Of a stretch of 64,000 nt of DNA, positions 10,093 to 19,895 are shown piece by piece; positions within the stretch are counted from its first letter, which is position 1, and every line of letters starts with the position of its first letter. The DNA is from an uncultured Anaerolineales bacterium (GTDB taxonomy: Bacteria > Chloroflexota > Anaerolineae > B4-G1 > SLSP01). Where the stretch lies: positions 5,502-69,501 of the forward strand of contig CAYTGR010000019.1 of assembly GCA_964437445.1 (NCBI GenBank), given 5' to 3'. The notes below the pieces were generated by a model, which did no database searches, had not been told where the DNA came from, and saw only the letters and a program-made list of their open reading frames with translations. Position numbers and translations under genes: made by a program.

Positions 10093-11541
10093 TTAGCCTC
10101 CGTGGCGTTCTCGGCGGTGAAAAAGGCCCCAGCCCAGCAACAGCAATCCACCTATAACGAACAGTGCTATCCAGGGACGCCCGGTCGGGGCGGCGGCCGG
10201 GGCCGGCGTGCGGGAGGGGATCGGCGTCGTTGTGGGCGCCGGGGAGCCGCCGGGCAGCGCGGTGGGTGTGGCGGGGGGCAGCTCCGGCGTGGGGGTGGAA
10301 CGCAGTTGCGCTGGCGGGAGCTGCTCCAGCACCAGGCTCCCAGCCTCAAACGGCGGCTGCCAGAGTGGATAGACTTCGGCGCTGGGCTGGAATGTCAGCT
10401 GGGCGAAATCGGTCGGATTGTGCAGGGCGACCGAATAGAGGTCGGCCTCGCCGTCGCGGTTGGATTGGAAGAGCACCCGGCTGCCGTCACAGTTCCAGGT
10501 CGGCGCTTCGTCGGCGGCCGGATTGGTGGTCAGGCGCAGTAGCGTGTTGGAGATGACATCGTAGGCGTAGAGCTCCCAGTTTCCATCGCGGTTGGATTGA
10601 AAGGCCAGCCAGCGGCCGTCCGGCGACCAGGCGGGCAGCAGATCGTCACCGGTCCCGGTGGTCAACGGGCGCTCCCGGCCACTGTTCAGGTCCAGCAGAT
10701 AGAGGTCGTGGTCGCCGTTGCGGTTGGAGAGATAGGCGAGGGCGTTGCCGCGCGGGGACCAGGCAGGATCGGTCTCGTCGGCGGGGCTGTGGGTGCGCTG
10801 CTGCTCATCGCTCCCCTCTGGGCGGATGGTGAAAATGTCCCAATTGCCGGCCCGATCCGATTGGAAGGCCAGCAGCGATCCATCTGGGGCCCAGGCGGGG
10901 TCGGTATTGTTGCCGGCGGCGGTCGTGACCGGCCGCGGAGTGGCCGCCGGGTCCAGGGTGAGCAGAAAGAGGTCCGCCTTGCCGTGGCGGTCCGATTGGA
11001 AGACCAGGGTTCCGGTGAGTGGAACGGTGTCGGTCAGACAGGCCGGTTGCCAGAGGGGCTGGGTATCGCGGGCCGGATCGTTGGTCAGACGCCTCCGGGC
11101 GCGGCTGTCCAGGTCAAGGGTATAAAGCTCCCAATTGCCGTCCTCATTGGCCTGGAAGGCCAGCCAGCGGCCATTGGGAGCATAAGCCGGAGCTAAGGCG
11201 CGGCCAATCCCGGCTGTGAGGGAGAGGGGTTCCGTTCCCTCCTCCGGCTGGGGCAGGCGGGCCAGCGTCCACTCACCGGTCGCGTTGGTGTGGAAAACAG
11301 GGACGGGGGGACAGCGCAGGCAGGCGAGGGCCGGCTGCGGCACCCAGAGCGGCGTCGGCGTAGGCCACGGCGGGCGCGTGGGAGAAAGGGCCGGAGTCCC
11401 CGGCGTGCCGATCTGAGCATTGAACGCGGCCAGCGTCGGGGTGGGGGCCGGCGTCGCCGTCAGTCCTCTCGGCGCGCCAACCAAAGCCGCGCCGATCAAA
11501 AACAGGGTGCACAGTCCAATGAGCCATTTGGGGCTGGACAT
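10093..11541 (-). CDS. TolB-like WD40/PD40 beta-propeller repeat protein with N-terminal signal peptide, Pro-rich linker and C-terminal TM anchor
   Basis: Repeated PD40 motifs (PAWSPDGRWLAFQSNRDGNWELY, PAWAPDGSLLAFQSDRAGNWDIF, PTWNCDGSRVLFQSNRDGEADLY). Start taken at MSSPKWLIGLCTLFLIGAAL; a GTG at 11583 is an alternative. C-terminus is PWIALFVIGGLLLLGWGLFHRRERHGG. Confidence 0.7.
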   Translation of the reverse strand: MSSPKWLIGLCTLFLIGAALVGAPRGLTATPAPTPTLAAFNAQIGTPGTPALSPTRPPWPTPTPLWVPQPALACLRCPPVPVFHTNATGEWTLARLPQPEEGTEPLSLTAGIGRALAPAYAPNGRWLAFQANEDGNWELYTLDLDSRARRRLTNDPARDTQPLWQPACLTDTVPLTGTLVFQSDRHGKADLFLLTLDPAATPRPVTTAAGNNTDPAWAPDGSLLAFQSDRAGNWDIFTIRPEGSDEQQRTHSPADETDPAWSPRGNALAYLSNRNGDHDLYLLDLNSGRERPLTTGTGDDLLPAWSPDGRWLAFQSNRDGNWELYAYDVISNTLLRLTTNPAADEAPTWNCDGSRVLFQSNRDGEADLYSVALHNPTDFAQLTFQPSAEVYPLWQPPFEAGSLVLEQLPPAQLRSTPTPELPPATPTALPGGSPAPTTTPIPSRTPAPAAAPTGRPWIALFVIGGLLLLGWGLFHRRERHGG

Positions 11542-11808
11542 AGATCTCTCTGGGTATGTGTGTCTGCTGGGCCGGGTTGACACTACGTTCTGGTATCTGC
11601 TCCCAGATTATTGGGAAGATACACATTCTATGGAATATTGTAGCACGGTTCAGGGGCGCTTACAAGCGCGGTTGTGGGGGGAGGGTGGTACGGATAACAG
11701 TCTCCGGTAGCCATAAGCACTTTTTCCCTTTTTGCCCGATTGGTGTTAAACTCTCACTATATCGCAATCTTGGCTCTTGATTCTGGATTCTGGCGGCCGG
11801 AGGGACCG

Positions 11809-12888
11809 ATGAAGATTCTGGTTTATGGGGCAGGGGTGTTGGGAAGCCTGTACGCCGCCCGGCTACAGGATGCCGGCCACGAGGTCTCTATCCTGGCGCG
11901 GGGACAGCGGCTGGCCGACTTACGCGAGCACGGCATCGTCCTGGAGGATGCGCGCACGGGCGAGCGCACGACCACCTGGATCAACGTGGTGGAGGCGCTC
12001 ACGCCCGAGGAAGCCTATGATCTGGTGATCGTCCTGTTGCGTAAGAACCAGGTGAGCGCAATCCTGCCGGCGCTGGCAGCCAACCGGCGCACGCCAAACA
12101 TCCTGTTCATGGTCAATAACGCGGCCGGCCCGGAGGAGTATGTGCAAGTCCTGGACCGCGAGCGGGTTGTGCTCGGCTTCCCAGGCGCGGGCGGGGCGCG
12201 GGAGGGGCCCGTCGTCCGGTACGTGCTGGCCGGTGCCCGGGCCCAGCCGACCACGGTGGGTGAACTGAACGGCTGGGTCACGCCCCGGCTGCAGGTGATT
12301 GTGGATGTGCTGGAATCCGCCGGATTCCCGGTGGCGACCTGCGCTAACATGGATGCCTGGCTCAAAACGCACGTGGCGCTCGTCAGCCCGATGGCCAACG
12401 CGCTTTACCTGGCCGGCGGCGATAACTACCGGCTGGCGAAGACGCGCGATGGCGTGGTGTTGCTGGTGCGCGGCGTCCGTGAAGGATTGCGGGTGCTGCG
12501 CGCGCTGGAGATCCCCATCACGCCGCGCAAGTATCAGGTGTTGCAATGGTTGCCGGAGCCTCTGTTGGTCGCCTGGTTACAACGGGGCCTGGCGACCGAG
12601 CGGGCCGCATTGGGGCTGGCGCGCCATGCCAACGCGGCCCGCGACGAGATGCAAAAGTTGGCCGAAGAATTCAGGGAACTGGCGCGCCGCAGTGGTGTGC
12701 CGACGCCGGCGCTGGATCAGCTCTACACCTACTTGAATCCGGTGCAGGCCCCGCTGTCGGAGGGCAGCGCTCAGTTACGGCTGGACTGGCGGGCCATCTG
12801 GGCGGGAGTGGGGGCATTGACCGGGCTGTTGTTGCTCGGCGGGTGGCTGGTGGGGCGGCGTGGCGGCCGCTCCCGGCGCAGGAACTGA
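11809..12888 (+). CDS. panE: 2-dehydropantoate 2-reductase (ketopantoate reductase, ApbA/PanE family) with C-terminal hydrophobic tail
   Basis: MKILVYGAGVLGSLYAARLQDAGHEVSILARG is a Rossmann N-terminus typical of ApbA. GGAGGGA lies upstream of the ATG at 11809. The ORF track starts earlier, at 11740. Confidence 0.7.
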   Translation: MKILVYGAGVLGSLYAARLQDAGHEVSILARGQRLADLREHGIVLEDARTGERTTTWINVVEALTPEEAYDLVIVLLRKNQVSAILPALAANRRTPNILFMVNNAAGPEEYVQVLDRERVVLGFPGAGGAREGPVVRYVLAGARAQPTTVGELNGWVTPRLQVIVDVLESAGFPVATCANMDAWLKTHVALVSPMANALYLAGGDNYRLAKTRDGVVLLVRGVREGLRVLRALEIPITPRKYQVLQWLPEPLLVAWLQRGLATERAALGLARHANAARDEMQKLAEEFRELARRSGVPTPALDQLYTYLNPVQAPLSEGSAQLRLDWRAIWAGVGALTGLLLLGGWLVGRRGGRSRRRN

Positions 12889-13520
12889 TGATAACCAGCG
12901 TGTTGCTTATAACATTTTACTTCGCTGCCTGGGCGGCGGTGCACAGCTGGCTGGCGAGCCTGGCCGTCAAAGATAGGGCGCGGCGGGCGTTTGGCCCCGG
13001 CGTGGCGCGCTGGTATCGCCTGGCTTACGTCGGCCTGGCGGTGCTGACGCTCGCGCCGTTGCCGGTGCTGCTAATGCTCTTGCCCGATCGGACGCTTTAC
13101 GTTGTGCCGACGCCCTGGCGCTGGCTGCTGGTGGCCGGGCAGGTGGGCGGCGCCATCGGCGCCGCGGTAGCCATCTGGCAGACCGGCCTTTTTGAGTTTG
13201 TGGGACTGGCGCCGCTCTTTGGCGGTGCACGGACGGCGGGCGGTGCGCTGCAGGTGCGTGGCCTGTACTGTTATGTTCGCCATCCCAGTTATCTGTTCAG
13301 CATGATCCTGCTCTGGTTGACGCCGGTCATGACGGTAAATCTGCTTGTCACTTACTTGCTTTTCATGCTTTACTTTTATGTCGGTTCGCTGCACGAAGAG
13401 CAGCGGTTGGTGGCCGAGTTTGGCGAAGTCTACCGTCGCTATCAACGCCGCGTCCCGCGTTTCATTCCGCGCCGCGCGCGCTGCCGGCTGGTGGCCTCGG
13501 ATGACTCGCTGAGCCGCTGA
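12888..13520 (+). CDS. Isoprenylcysteine carboxyl methyltransferase / PEMT-family membrane methyltransferase
   Basis: Start ATG overlaps the panE stop (TGATG). Motifs VRHPSYLFSMILLW and EEQRLVAEFGEVYRRYQRRVPRFIP match the ICMT/PEMT C-terminal signature; several TM helices. Confidence 0.7.
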   Translation: MITSVLLITFYFAAWAAVHSWLASLAVKDRARRAFGPGVARWYRLAYVGLAVLTLAPLPVLLMLLPDRTLYVVPTPWRWLLVAGQVGGAIGAAVAIWQTGLFEFVGLAPLFGGARTAGGALQVRGLYCYVRHPSYLFSMILLWLTPVMTVNLLVTYLLFMLYFYVGSLHEEQRLVAEFGEVYRRYQRRVPRFIPRRARCRLVASDDSLSR

Positions 13521-13559
13521 ACCGCTGCTGCGTTGCTTTGCTGATTTGCTGAAGGAGTT

Positions 13560-15314
13560 GTGCCTGTGCCGGTTTTGAAACGTCTTGTCTCGTACCTGGG
13601 CCCTTACTGGAAATCGCTGATCGTGACCAGCGTGCTCATCTTGATTCACACCGGGTTGAGCCTGCTCCCCCCGCTTTTCCAGCGGCAGATCATTGACGGG
13701 GTGATCGGCAGCCGAGACCTGGCGCGACTGGGCTGGCTGGTGGCCGGCTTAGTGGGCGTCTATGCACTCTCCGAACTGACCGATTTCGGCGACCAATACA
13801 TCCGCCACACCCTGGGTGAGCGCTTTATCTTTGACCTGCGGGTGCGGCTCTATGACCACCTGCAGCGGCTCTCGCTGGCTTTCTTTGAGAAGACCTCCAC
13901 CGGCGAGCTGATGTCGCGCGTCAGCAATGACGTCAATGCAATGGAGCAATTTGTCACTCATGGTGTCATCCTTACCGCCGTAGACCTGTTGCGGTTGCTC
14001 GGCGCGACGATCGTCCTGCTGGTGCTGGATTGGCGGCTGGCGCTGGTCGTGTTGGTGACGGTGCCGATCATGGCCGTGGGGCTGCGGCGTTTCAACCGGA
14101 TTGCCCGGCCGATCTACCGCCGCACGCGCGACCGGTTGGGCGACATTAACGCGCGGCTCCAGGATAACCTGGCCGGCATTCGCGTCGTCCAGGCCTTCGG
14201 GCAGGAGGACGCCGAACTGGAGCGCTTTCGCAGCGTCAGCGAGGGCTACTACCTGGAGCGCGTCCGGGCAATTCGCAGCTGGTCTACCTTTTTCCCGGCG
14301 CTCTACTTTGTGACGGCGCTGGGCGGGGTGGGGGTGCTGGGCTATGGGGCCTGGCTGGTCGTCCGCGGGCAGATGACGTTAGGGACGCTCGTGGCCTTTC
14401 TCTCATACATTACGTCGTTCTATGATCCCATCCGGCGCTTGACGGAGGTGGATAATACCTTCCAGCAGGCCATCGCTGCCGGCGAGCGCATTTTTGAGCT
14501 GCTGGACGAGCGGTCGGACATTCAGAGCGCCCCGGAGGCTATGGCCCTGGCTGCCGTGCGCGGTGAGGTCGTGTTTGAGGATGTGCATTTCCGTTACGGG
14601 CCGGAAAACGACGAGGTGCTGCACGATATTGATTTCCACATGGCCCCCGGTGAGGTGGTCGCGCTGGTGGGACCCAGCGGGGCAGGCAAGACCAGTATTG
14701 CCAACCTCCTCTGTCGCTTCTACGACCCGATCCACGGGCGGGTTTTGTTGGACGGCCACGATTTGCGCCAGGTGGACCTCCGGACCTTACGGCGCAACGT
14801 GGCAGTGGTTCTGCAAGACACCTTCCTGTTCAACGCGACCGTGCGCGAGAACCTGCGCTACGCCCGGCCGGAGGCCACTGAGGATGATTTGATCGCGGCG
14901 GCGCGGGCAGCCTACGCCCACGATTTCATCCTGGAATTGCCACAGGGCTACGAGACTGAGCTCGGCGAGCGCGGCGTCAAGCTGAGCGGCGGTCAGCGGC
15001 AGCGGTTGGCCCTGGCGCGGGCGCTCCTGGCCGATCCGCGCATTCTGATCCTGGATGAAGCGACCTCGTCAGTGGATGCGGAGGCCGAGTACCTGATCCA
15101 GCAGGCGCTCCAGGCGGTGCTCAAGGGCCGCACGGCGCTGGTCATCGCCCACCGGCTGAGCACCATCCGCAACGCCGACAAAATCATCGCGCTGGAAGGG
15201 GGCCGCATCCGCGAGGTGGGCAATCACCAGGAATTGCTGGCGCGCGGCGGCCTCTATAGCCAGCTCTACCAGCGGCAACTGGAACTGGCGGTCTCCGGCG
15301 CGGACGTGGCTTGA
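13560..15314 (+). CDS. ABC transporter permease/ATP-binding protein (type I exporter, MsbA/MdlB-like)
   Basis: GTG start preceded by GAAGGAG. Six N-terminal TM helices. NBD carries Walker A GPSGAGKTS, signature LSGGQRQRLALARAL, Walker B ILILDEATS and an H-loop. Confidence 0.85.
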   Translation: MPVPVLKRLVSYLGPYWKSLIVTSVLILIHTGLSLLPPLFQRQIIDGVIGSRDLARLGWLVAGLVGVYALSELTDFGDQYIRHTLGERFIFDLRVRLYDHLQRLSLAFFEKTSTGELMSRVSNDVNAMEQFVTHGVILTAVDLLRLLGATIVLLVLDWRLALVVLVTVPIMAVGLRRFNRIARPIYRRTRDRLGDINARLQDNLAGIRVVQAFGQEDAELERFRSVSEGYYLERVRAIRSWSTFFPALYFVTALGGVGVLGYGAWLVVRGQMTLGTLVAFLSYITSFYDPIRRLTEVDNTFQQAIAAGERIFELLDERSDIQSAPEAMALAAVRGEVVFEDVHFRYGPENDEVLHDIDFHMAPGEVVALVGPSGAGKTSIANLLCRFYDPIHGRVLLDGHDLRQVDLRTLRRNVAVVLQDTFLFNATVRENLRYARPEATEDDLIAAARAAYAHDFILELPQGYETELGERGVKLSGGQRQRLALARALLADPRILILDEATSSVDAEAEYLIQQALQAVLKGRTALVIAHRLSTIRNADKIIALEGGRIREVGNHQELLARGGLYSQLYQRQLELAVSGADVA

Positions 15315-15396
15315 TCGGCTGGGGAGTAAGAAAAACGCTGCTATCTGATGGGATAAAATCTGGTTGTTCAGGCCAACATTGCGTTGAGGGGGCGGT

Positions 15397-18288
15397 GTGG
15401 CGACAAAACCTGAAAACAATCCGGCGTTAAAAATCCCGTTGCGCCTGATCCTCATCGTGCCGTTTGCCGTACAGATTGCGTTGGCGACGGCCCTGATAGG
15501 ATACCTTTCGTTTCTCAACGGCCGGCGGGCGGTGAACGATGTGGCGCACCAACTGCGCAACGAAATCACGGCCCGGATTGAGGAGCACCTGCTCAATTTT
15601 TTGGCCGTTCCGCATCGTATCAACCGGCTCAACGCCAATGCCCTGCGCCAGGGGGCGTTAGATGCCAACGATCCCGCCGCTTGGGAGCGCTATTTGTGGG
15701 AGCAAATTCAGGTTTTTGATTCGGTGACGAGCATCTATTTTGGGAACACGGCCGGCGGGTTGGTGGATGCCGGGCGGGAGGGTGCCGCTGGATCTTTGTA
15801 CGTCATCGTCACGGATGCGTTTACCCAGGGCACCTTTAGGAAATATGCGACGGATGCTCAGGGACAGCCCACCGAGCTCTTGGCCACCGTCCCCAATTTT
15901 GACGCTCGCACCCGGCCCTGGTATACAGGCGCAGTGGCCAAAGGGGACAGCACCTGGAACGATATTTACATCCTGTTCACAGGGCAGGATATGGCGATTG
16001 CAGCCAGCCGTCCCGTGTACGATGAGCAGCAGAATTTATTGGGCGTGGTTTCTACCGACATTTTCCTTTCACACCTGAGCAACTTTTTGCAGAGCCTCAA
16101 AATGGGTGAGACGGGCCAAAGCTTCATCATGGAACGGTCGGGGTTGCTGGTGGCAACTTCAACTGGGGAGCAGCCCTTCGTTATAGTTGAGGGGTCCGCT
16201 CCGCGGCGACTGAATGCCCGCGAAAGCGCCACGCCCCTGGTCCGCAGTGCGGCTGAGTTTTTGAGCGCGCACTTTGGCGATTATCACAACATCACTACCG
16301 TGCAGCAGTTAGAATTTGAAATGGCCGGGCAACGTCAATTTCTGCAAGTCGCGCCGGTACAAGACCCTTACGGGCTGGAGTGGCTGGTCGTGGTGGTGAT
16401 TCCCGAATCCGATTTTATGGCGCAAATCAACGCCAACAACCGCGTCACAGCGGGACTCATTTTGGCGATTATTTTGTTGGTGGTGGTCACAGCTGGCTTT
16501 GTGATCACCCGGTGGGTGCTCCGGCCCATTTTACGCCTCAAGACCGCGGCTCAAGCACTGGCGGCCGGAGAATGGCAGCCGGTGTCGGCGGGCGGTTGGG
16601 TGGATGAAGTGGATGCCTTGACGCACTCATTCAACGACATGGCCGCCCAGTTGAAGCAAACGTTAGGGAGCCTGACGGCTGAAATTGCTGAGCGCAAGCG
16701 GGTGGAGCTGATCTTGCAGGAAAGTGAAGAGCGCCAGCGCCGTGTGGTTCAAAGTATGCCTGTGCTGCTGGATGCTTTTGATGCCGCCGGCACGCTGATT
16801 GCCTGGAATCAGGAATGTGAGCGGGTGACCGGCTACCGGGCCGAGGAGGTTGTGGGAAATCCGCAAAGCATGAGTCGGTTGTATCCTGATGAAACTTATC
16901 TCCAGCAAGTGATGGCAACGTGGCGGGAGACCGGCAACAACTTCCGCAATTGGGAGCTCACTCTGACCTGTAAGAATGGTGAGACGCGCGTGGTTTCCTG
17001 GTCTAATATCTCGCAGCAGTTCCCGGTACCGGGGTGGGATTCGTGGGCCGTGGGGGTGGATGTGACCGAGCGGGTGCGGGCCGAGGCGGCCTTGCGCGAG
17101 AGCAACCGCCGCCTGGAAAGGGCGCTGGCAGAATTGCAAGCGATGCAGGAGCGGATGATGCAGCAGGAACGTCTGGCCGCCGTGGGCCAGCTGGCCGCCG
17201 GCATTGCGCACGATTTCAACAACATCCTGGCGACCATCACGTTGTATACCCAACTGGCGTTGCGGGTGAACGCGCTCACGCCGGAGCTCCGCAAGCGTCT
17301 GGAGACGGTTGCCCAACAGGCTCAACACGGCGCCGACCTGGTACAGCAGATCCTGGACTTTGGGCGGCAGGCTGTAATGAAGCGTCAGCCCCTTGCCATG
17401 GACTTGTTTTTGCAGGGCGTGGTTCAAATGTTGGAACGCACGTTACCGGAGAGCATCCAACTCAGGTTGGTTTTTGAGCCGAATGAGTATGGGGTCAATG
17501 CCGACCCGGCGCGCCTGCAACAGGCGATAGTGAACCTGGCGCTCAATGCACGGGATGCAATGCCGAAGGGCGGCACTCTCACCTTCACCCTGGCCAGAGT
17601 AGAGGGCCAGGAAATTGATTGTGTGGCCTGTGGGCGTGTGGCCGGCGGCGCTTGGGTTCAGGTGCGGATCACAGACAGCGGGATGGGGATTCCACCGGAA
17701 GTGTTGCCCCATATTTTTGAGCCGTTTTTTACTACCAGGGCGCCCCTGGGGCATGGGTTGGGGTTGGCGCAGGTATACGGCATCGTGAAGCAGCACGAGG
17801 GACATCTGGCGGTGGAAACCGGGGACGGGCGTGGCACCACTTTCGTGCTCTATTTACCGGCGCTGCCGGTCCGTGCGCCGGTAGCTGACACACCGGCACC
17901 CAGCGTTGCCGTGACTTCTGGTCAGGGGCAAACCATTTTGGTGGTGGAGGATGACGCGGCTGTTCGCACTGCATTGGTGGAAGTGCTGGAGCTCCTGGGG
18001 TATCAGACGTTGGCCGCGGCAGAGGGACAGGCCGCGCTGGAGCTCTGTGTGCGCCGACCGGAGATCGCTCTGGTGTTATGCGATTGGGTGATGCCCGCTA
18101 TGGGAGGGCTGGACTTTGTGCAGGCGTTACGAGAGCGCCAGCTGGCGGTCAAAGTTTTGGTGCTGACCGGGCATCCTTTAGAGGAAGCAGTAACTCAAAG
18201 TGCGACCTCCATGGGGATCGTGGGCTGGATCCTCAAGCCGGCGAGCCTGGAGCAGTTGGCCGAGACGATTGCGCAAGCCTTAGAATGA
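15397..18288 (+). CDS. Hybrid sensor histidine kinase with periplasmic dCache-type sensor, HAMP, PAS, HisKA, HATPase_c and C-terminal receiver domain
   Basis: 963 aa with a GTG start. Two TM helices flank a ~300-aa extracytoplasmic domain. H-box AHDFNNILATI; G-box GHGLGLAQVYGIVKQHEGHL. Receiver at the C-terminus (ILVVEDDAAV...LCDWVMP...KVLVLTGH). Confidence 0.8.
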   Translation: MATKPENNPALKIPLRLILIVPFAVQIALATALIGYLSFLNGRRAVNDVAHQLRNEITARIEEHLLNFLAVPHRINRLNANALRQGALDANDPAAWERYLWEQIQVFDSVTSIYFGNTAGGLVDAGREGAAGSLYVIVTDAFTQGTFRKYATDAQGQPTELLATVPNFDARTRPWYTGAVAKGDSTWNDIYILFTGQDMAIAASRPVYDEQQNLLGVVSTDIFLSHLSNFLQSLKMGETGQSFIMERSGLLVATSTGEQPFVIVEGSAPRRLNARESATPLVRSAAEFLSAHFGDYHNITTVQQLEFEMAGQRQFLQVAPVQDPYGLEWLVVVVIPESDFMAQINANNRVTAGLILAIILLVVVTAGFVITRWVLRPILRLKTAAQALAAGEWQPVSAGGWVDEVDALTHSFNDMAAQLKQTLGSLTAEIAERKRVELILQESEERQRRVVQSMPVLLDAFDAAGTLIAWNQECERVTGYRAEEVVGNPQSMSRLYPDETYLQQVMATWRETGNNFRNWELTLTCKNGETRVVSWSNISQQFPVPGWDSWAVGVDVTERVRAEAALRESNRRLERALAELQAMQERMMQQERLAAVGQLAAGIAHDFNNILATITLYTQLALRVNALTPELRKRLETVAQQAQHGADLVQQILDFGRQAVMKRQPLAMDLFLQGVVQMLERTLPESIQLRLVFEPNEYGVNADPARLQQAIVNLALNARDAMPKGGTLTFTLARVEGQEIDCVACGRVAGGAWVQVRITDSGMGIPPEVLPHIFEPFFTTRAPLGHGLGLAQVYGIVKQHEGHLAVETGDGRGTTFVLYLPALPVRAPVADTPAPSVAVTSGQGQTILVVEDDAAVRTALVEVLELLGYQTLAAAEGQAALELCVRRPEIALVLCDWVMPAMGGLDFVQALRERQLAVKVLVLTGHPLEEAVTQSATSMGIVGWILKPASLEQLAETIAQALE

Positions 18289-18456
18289 ATCAGGACCTGC
18301 ACAGAATAGGCTTTGTGATGGCGGTTTCAACTGTTTTTAGCGTGACAAGCGTGCCGGCAGGCGTCATTACAGTTCTAATTTAAGATTAGACAATGATTTT
18401 CCGGGTGTCCTGGTGTGCTGGCGTTAAGATTCTTGGGAGGTTTTCAGGGAGGGACA

Positions 18457-19497
18457 ATGAACAGACCCATCACTCGCCGTGAACTGTTGCGTTACCTGGC
18501 CGCCGGTTTGGGGGCGGGGGTCGGCGGCTGGTTTTTGAGCGCCTGTGGGCAGCGGACCACCCCGTTGCCGCCTTCACCGACGACCCCGGCGGCGCTGGCG
18601 ACCTCTGCACCACCGGCTAACACCACCGTCGCGCCGTCCGCCGTGGCTGCTACGGCTACTCCGGCCCCGACGACCACCTCGGCTGGCGGCAAGCCTGACC
18701 TGGTCGTCGCCCGTGGTGGTGACCCGGAGCAGCTGGTCATCCGGGCCCTGGCCGCTTGGGGCGGGATGGAGCGCTTCGTCCCCCCCGGTGCTAACGTGAT
18801 CATCAAGCCGAATATCTGCGTGGCCTATCATACCTACGAGTATGCCGCCACGACCAATCCGTGGGTGGTGGGGGCGCTCGTCAAGCTCTGCCTGGCGGCG
18901 GGGGCCCGGCGTGTCCGCGTCATGGATTTCCCCTTTGGCGGCGGGGCTGAAGAAGCTTACGTTCGCAGCGGCATCCAGGAACAGGTGGCGGCGGCCGGCG
19001 GCGAAATGGAGCTCATGTCCGATTTCAAATTCGTCAACACACAGATCCCCCAGGGACTGGCGTTGCACAAGACCGCCATCTACGACGAGATTCTCAACGC
19101 GGATGTGCTTATCAATGTGCCGATTGCCAAAGACCACGGTTCAACGCGGTTGACGCTGGGCATGAAGAACCTGATGGGGGTGGTGCGCGACCGCCAGGCG
19201 ATGCATCGCAGCTTGGGCCAGCAGATCGCCGATTTGAACACCCGGGTGCGCCCGACCCTCACCGTTGTGGATGCCATCCGCATCCTCATGGCCAACGGCC
19301 CGACCGGCGGCGATTTGAACGATGTGCGGCAGATGGATACCGTGATCGTCAGCCCCGACATCGTCGCGGCCGACAGCTATGCTGCGACGCTCTTTGATTT
19401 GCAGCCCAGGGAAGTTCCTTACATAGATGCCGCGGCGGAGATGGGATTGGGTATCTACGATCTAGAGCAATTGAAGATTGAAGAATTGTCCCTATGA
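18457..19497 (+). CDS. DUF362-domain protein with Tat signal peptide and lipobox (secreted lipoprotein)
   Basis: MNRPITRRELLRYLAAGLGAGVGGWFLSAC carries a twin-arginine motif and a Cys lipobox, then a Pro/Thr/Ala-rich linker, then a DUF362-like body (IKPNICVAYH...VPIAKDHGSTRLTLGMKNLMG). Confidence 0.6.
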   Translation: MNRPITRRELLRYLAAGLGAGVGGWFLSACGQRTTPLPPSPTTPAALATSAPPANTTVAPSAVAATATPAPTTTSAGGKPDLVVARGGDPEQLVIRALAAWGGMERFVPPGANVIIKPNICVAYHTYEYAATTNPWVVGALVKLCLAAGARRVRVMDFPFGGGAEEAYVRSGIQEQVAAAGGEMELMSDFKFVNTQIPQGLALHKTAIYDEILNADVLINVPIAKDHGSTRLTLGMKNLMGVVRDRQAMHRSLGQQIADLNTRVRPTLTVVDAIRILMANGPTGGDLNDVRQMDTVIVSPDIVAADSYAATLFDLQPREVPYIDAAAEMGLGIYDLEQLKIEELSL

Positions 19498-19895
19498 TAG
19501 CCGGGGAAGAGGCAACGCGCCTGTGGACTGATCCCAGCGCTTTTGAGCAGCTGGTCGCCGAGGCTCTGGATAGCCTGCCGGCAACATTCCTGGAGCGGCT
19601 GGAAAACGTGGAGGTGGTCGTGGAGGAGTGGCCCGATGCGGAGACGTTGGGTCTGGCCGCTGTCGCCCGGCGCACGGATCTGTTGGGCTTTTATCACGGC
19701 GTGCCGTTGACCAGCCGGACTCACTCTTACGGGCTGGTGCTCCCGGACAAGATCAGTCTTTACCGCCAGCCGATTTTGCTCCGCTGTCGCACGTGGGAGG
19801 AGGCGCGGGGGCTGGTGCGCCGGGTGGTGCGCCATGAAATTGCACACTATTTCGGCATTAGCGACGAGCGGCTGGAGGAATTGGGCGCCTATTGA
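19494..19895 (+). CDS. Putative zinc metallopeptidase (zincin-like, DUF1025-type, HExxH)
   Basis: 133 aa with HEIAHYFG near the C-terminus. Its ATG overlaps the preceding stop (ATGA). Confidence 0.55.
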   Translation: MIAGEEATRLWTDPSAFEQLVAEALDSLPATFLERLENVEVVVEEWPDAETLGLAAVARRTDLLGFYHGVPLTSRTHSYGLVLPDKISLYRQPILLRCRTWEEARGLVRRVVRHEIAHYFGISDERLEELGAY

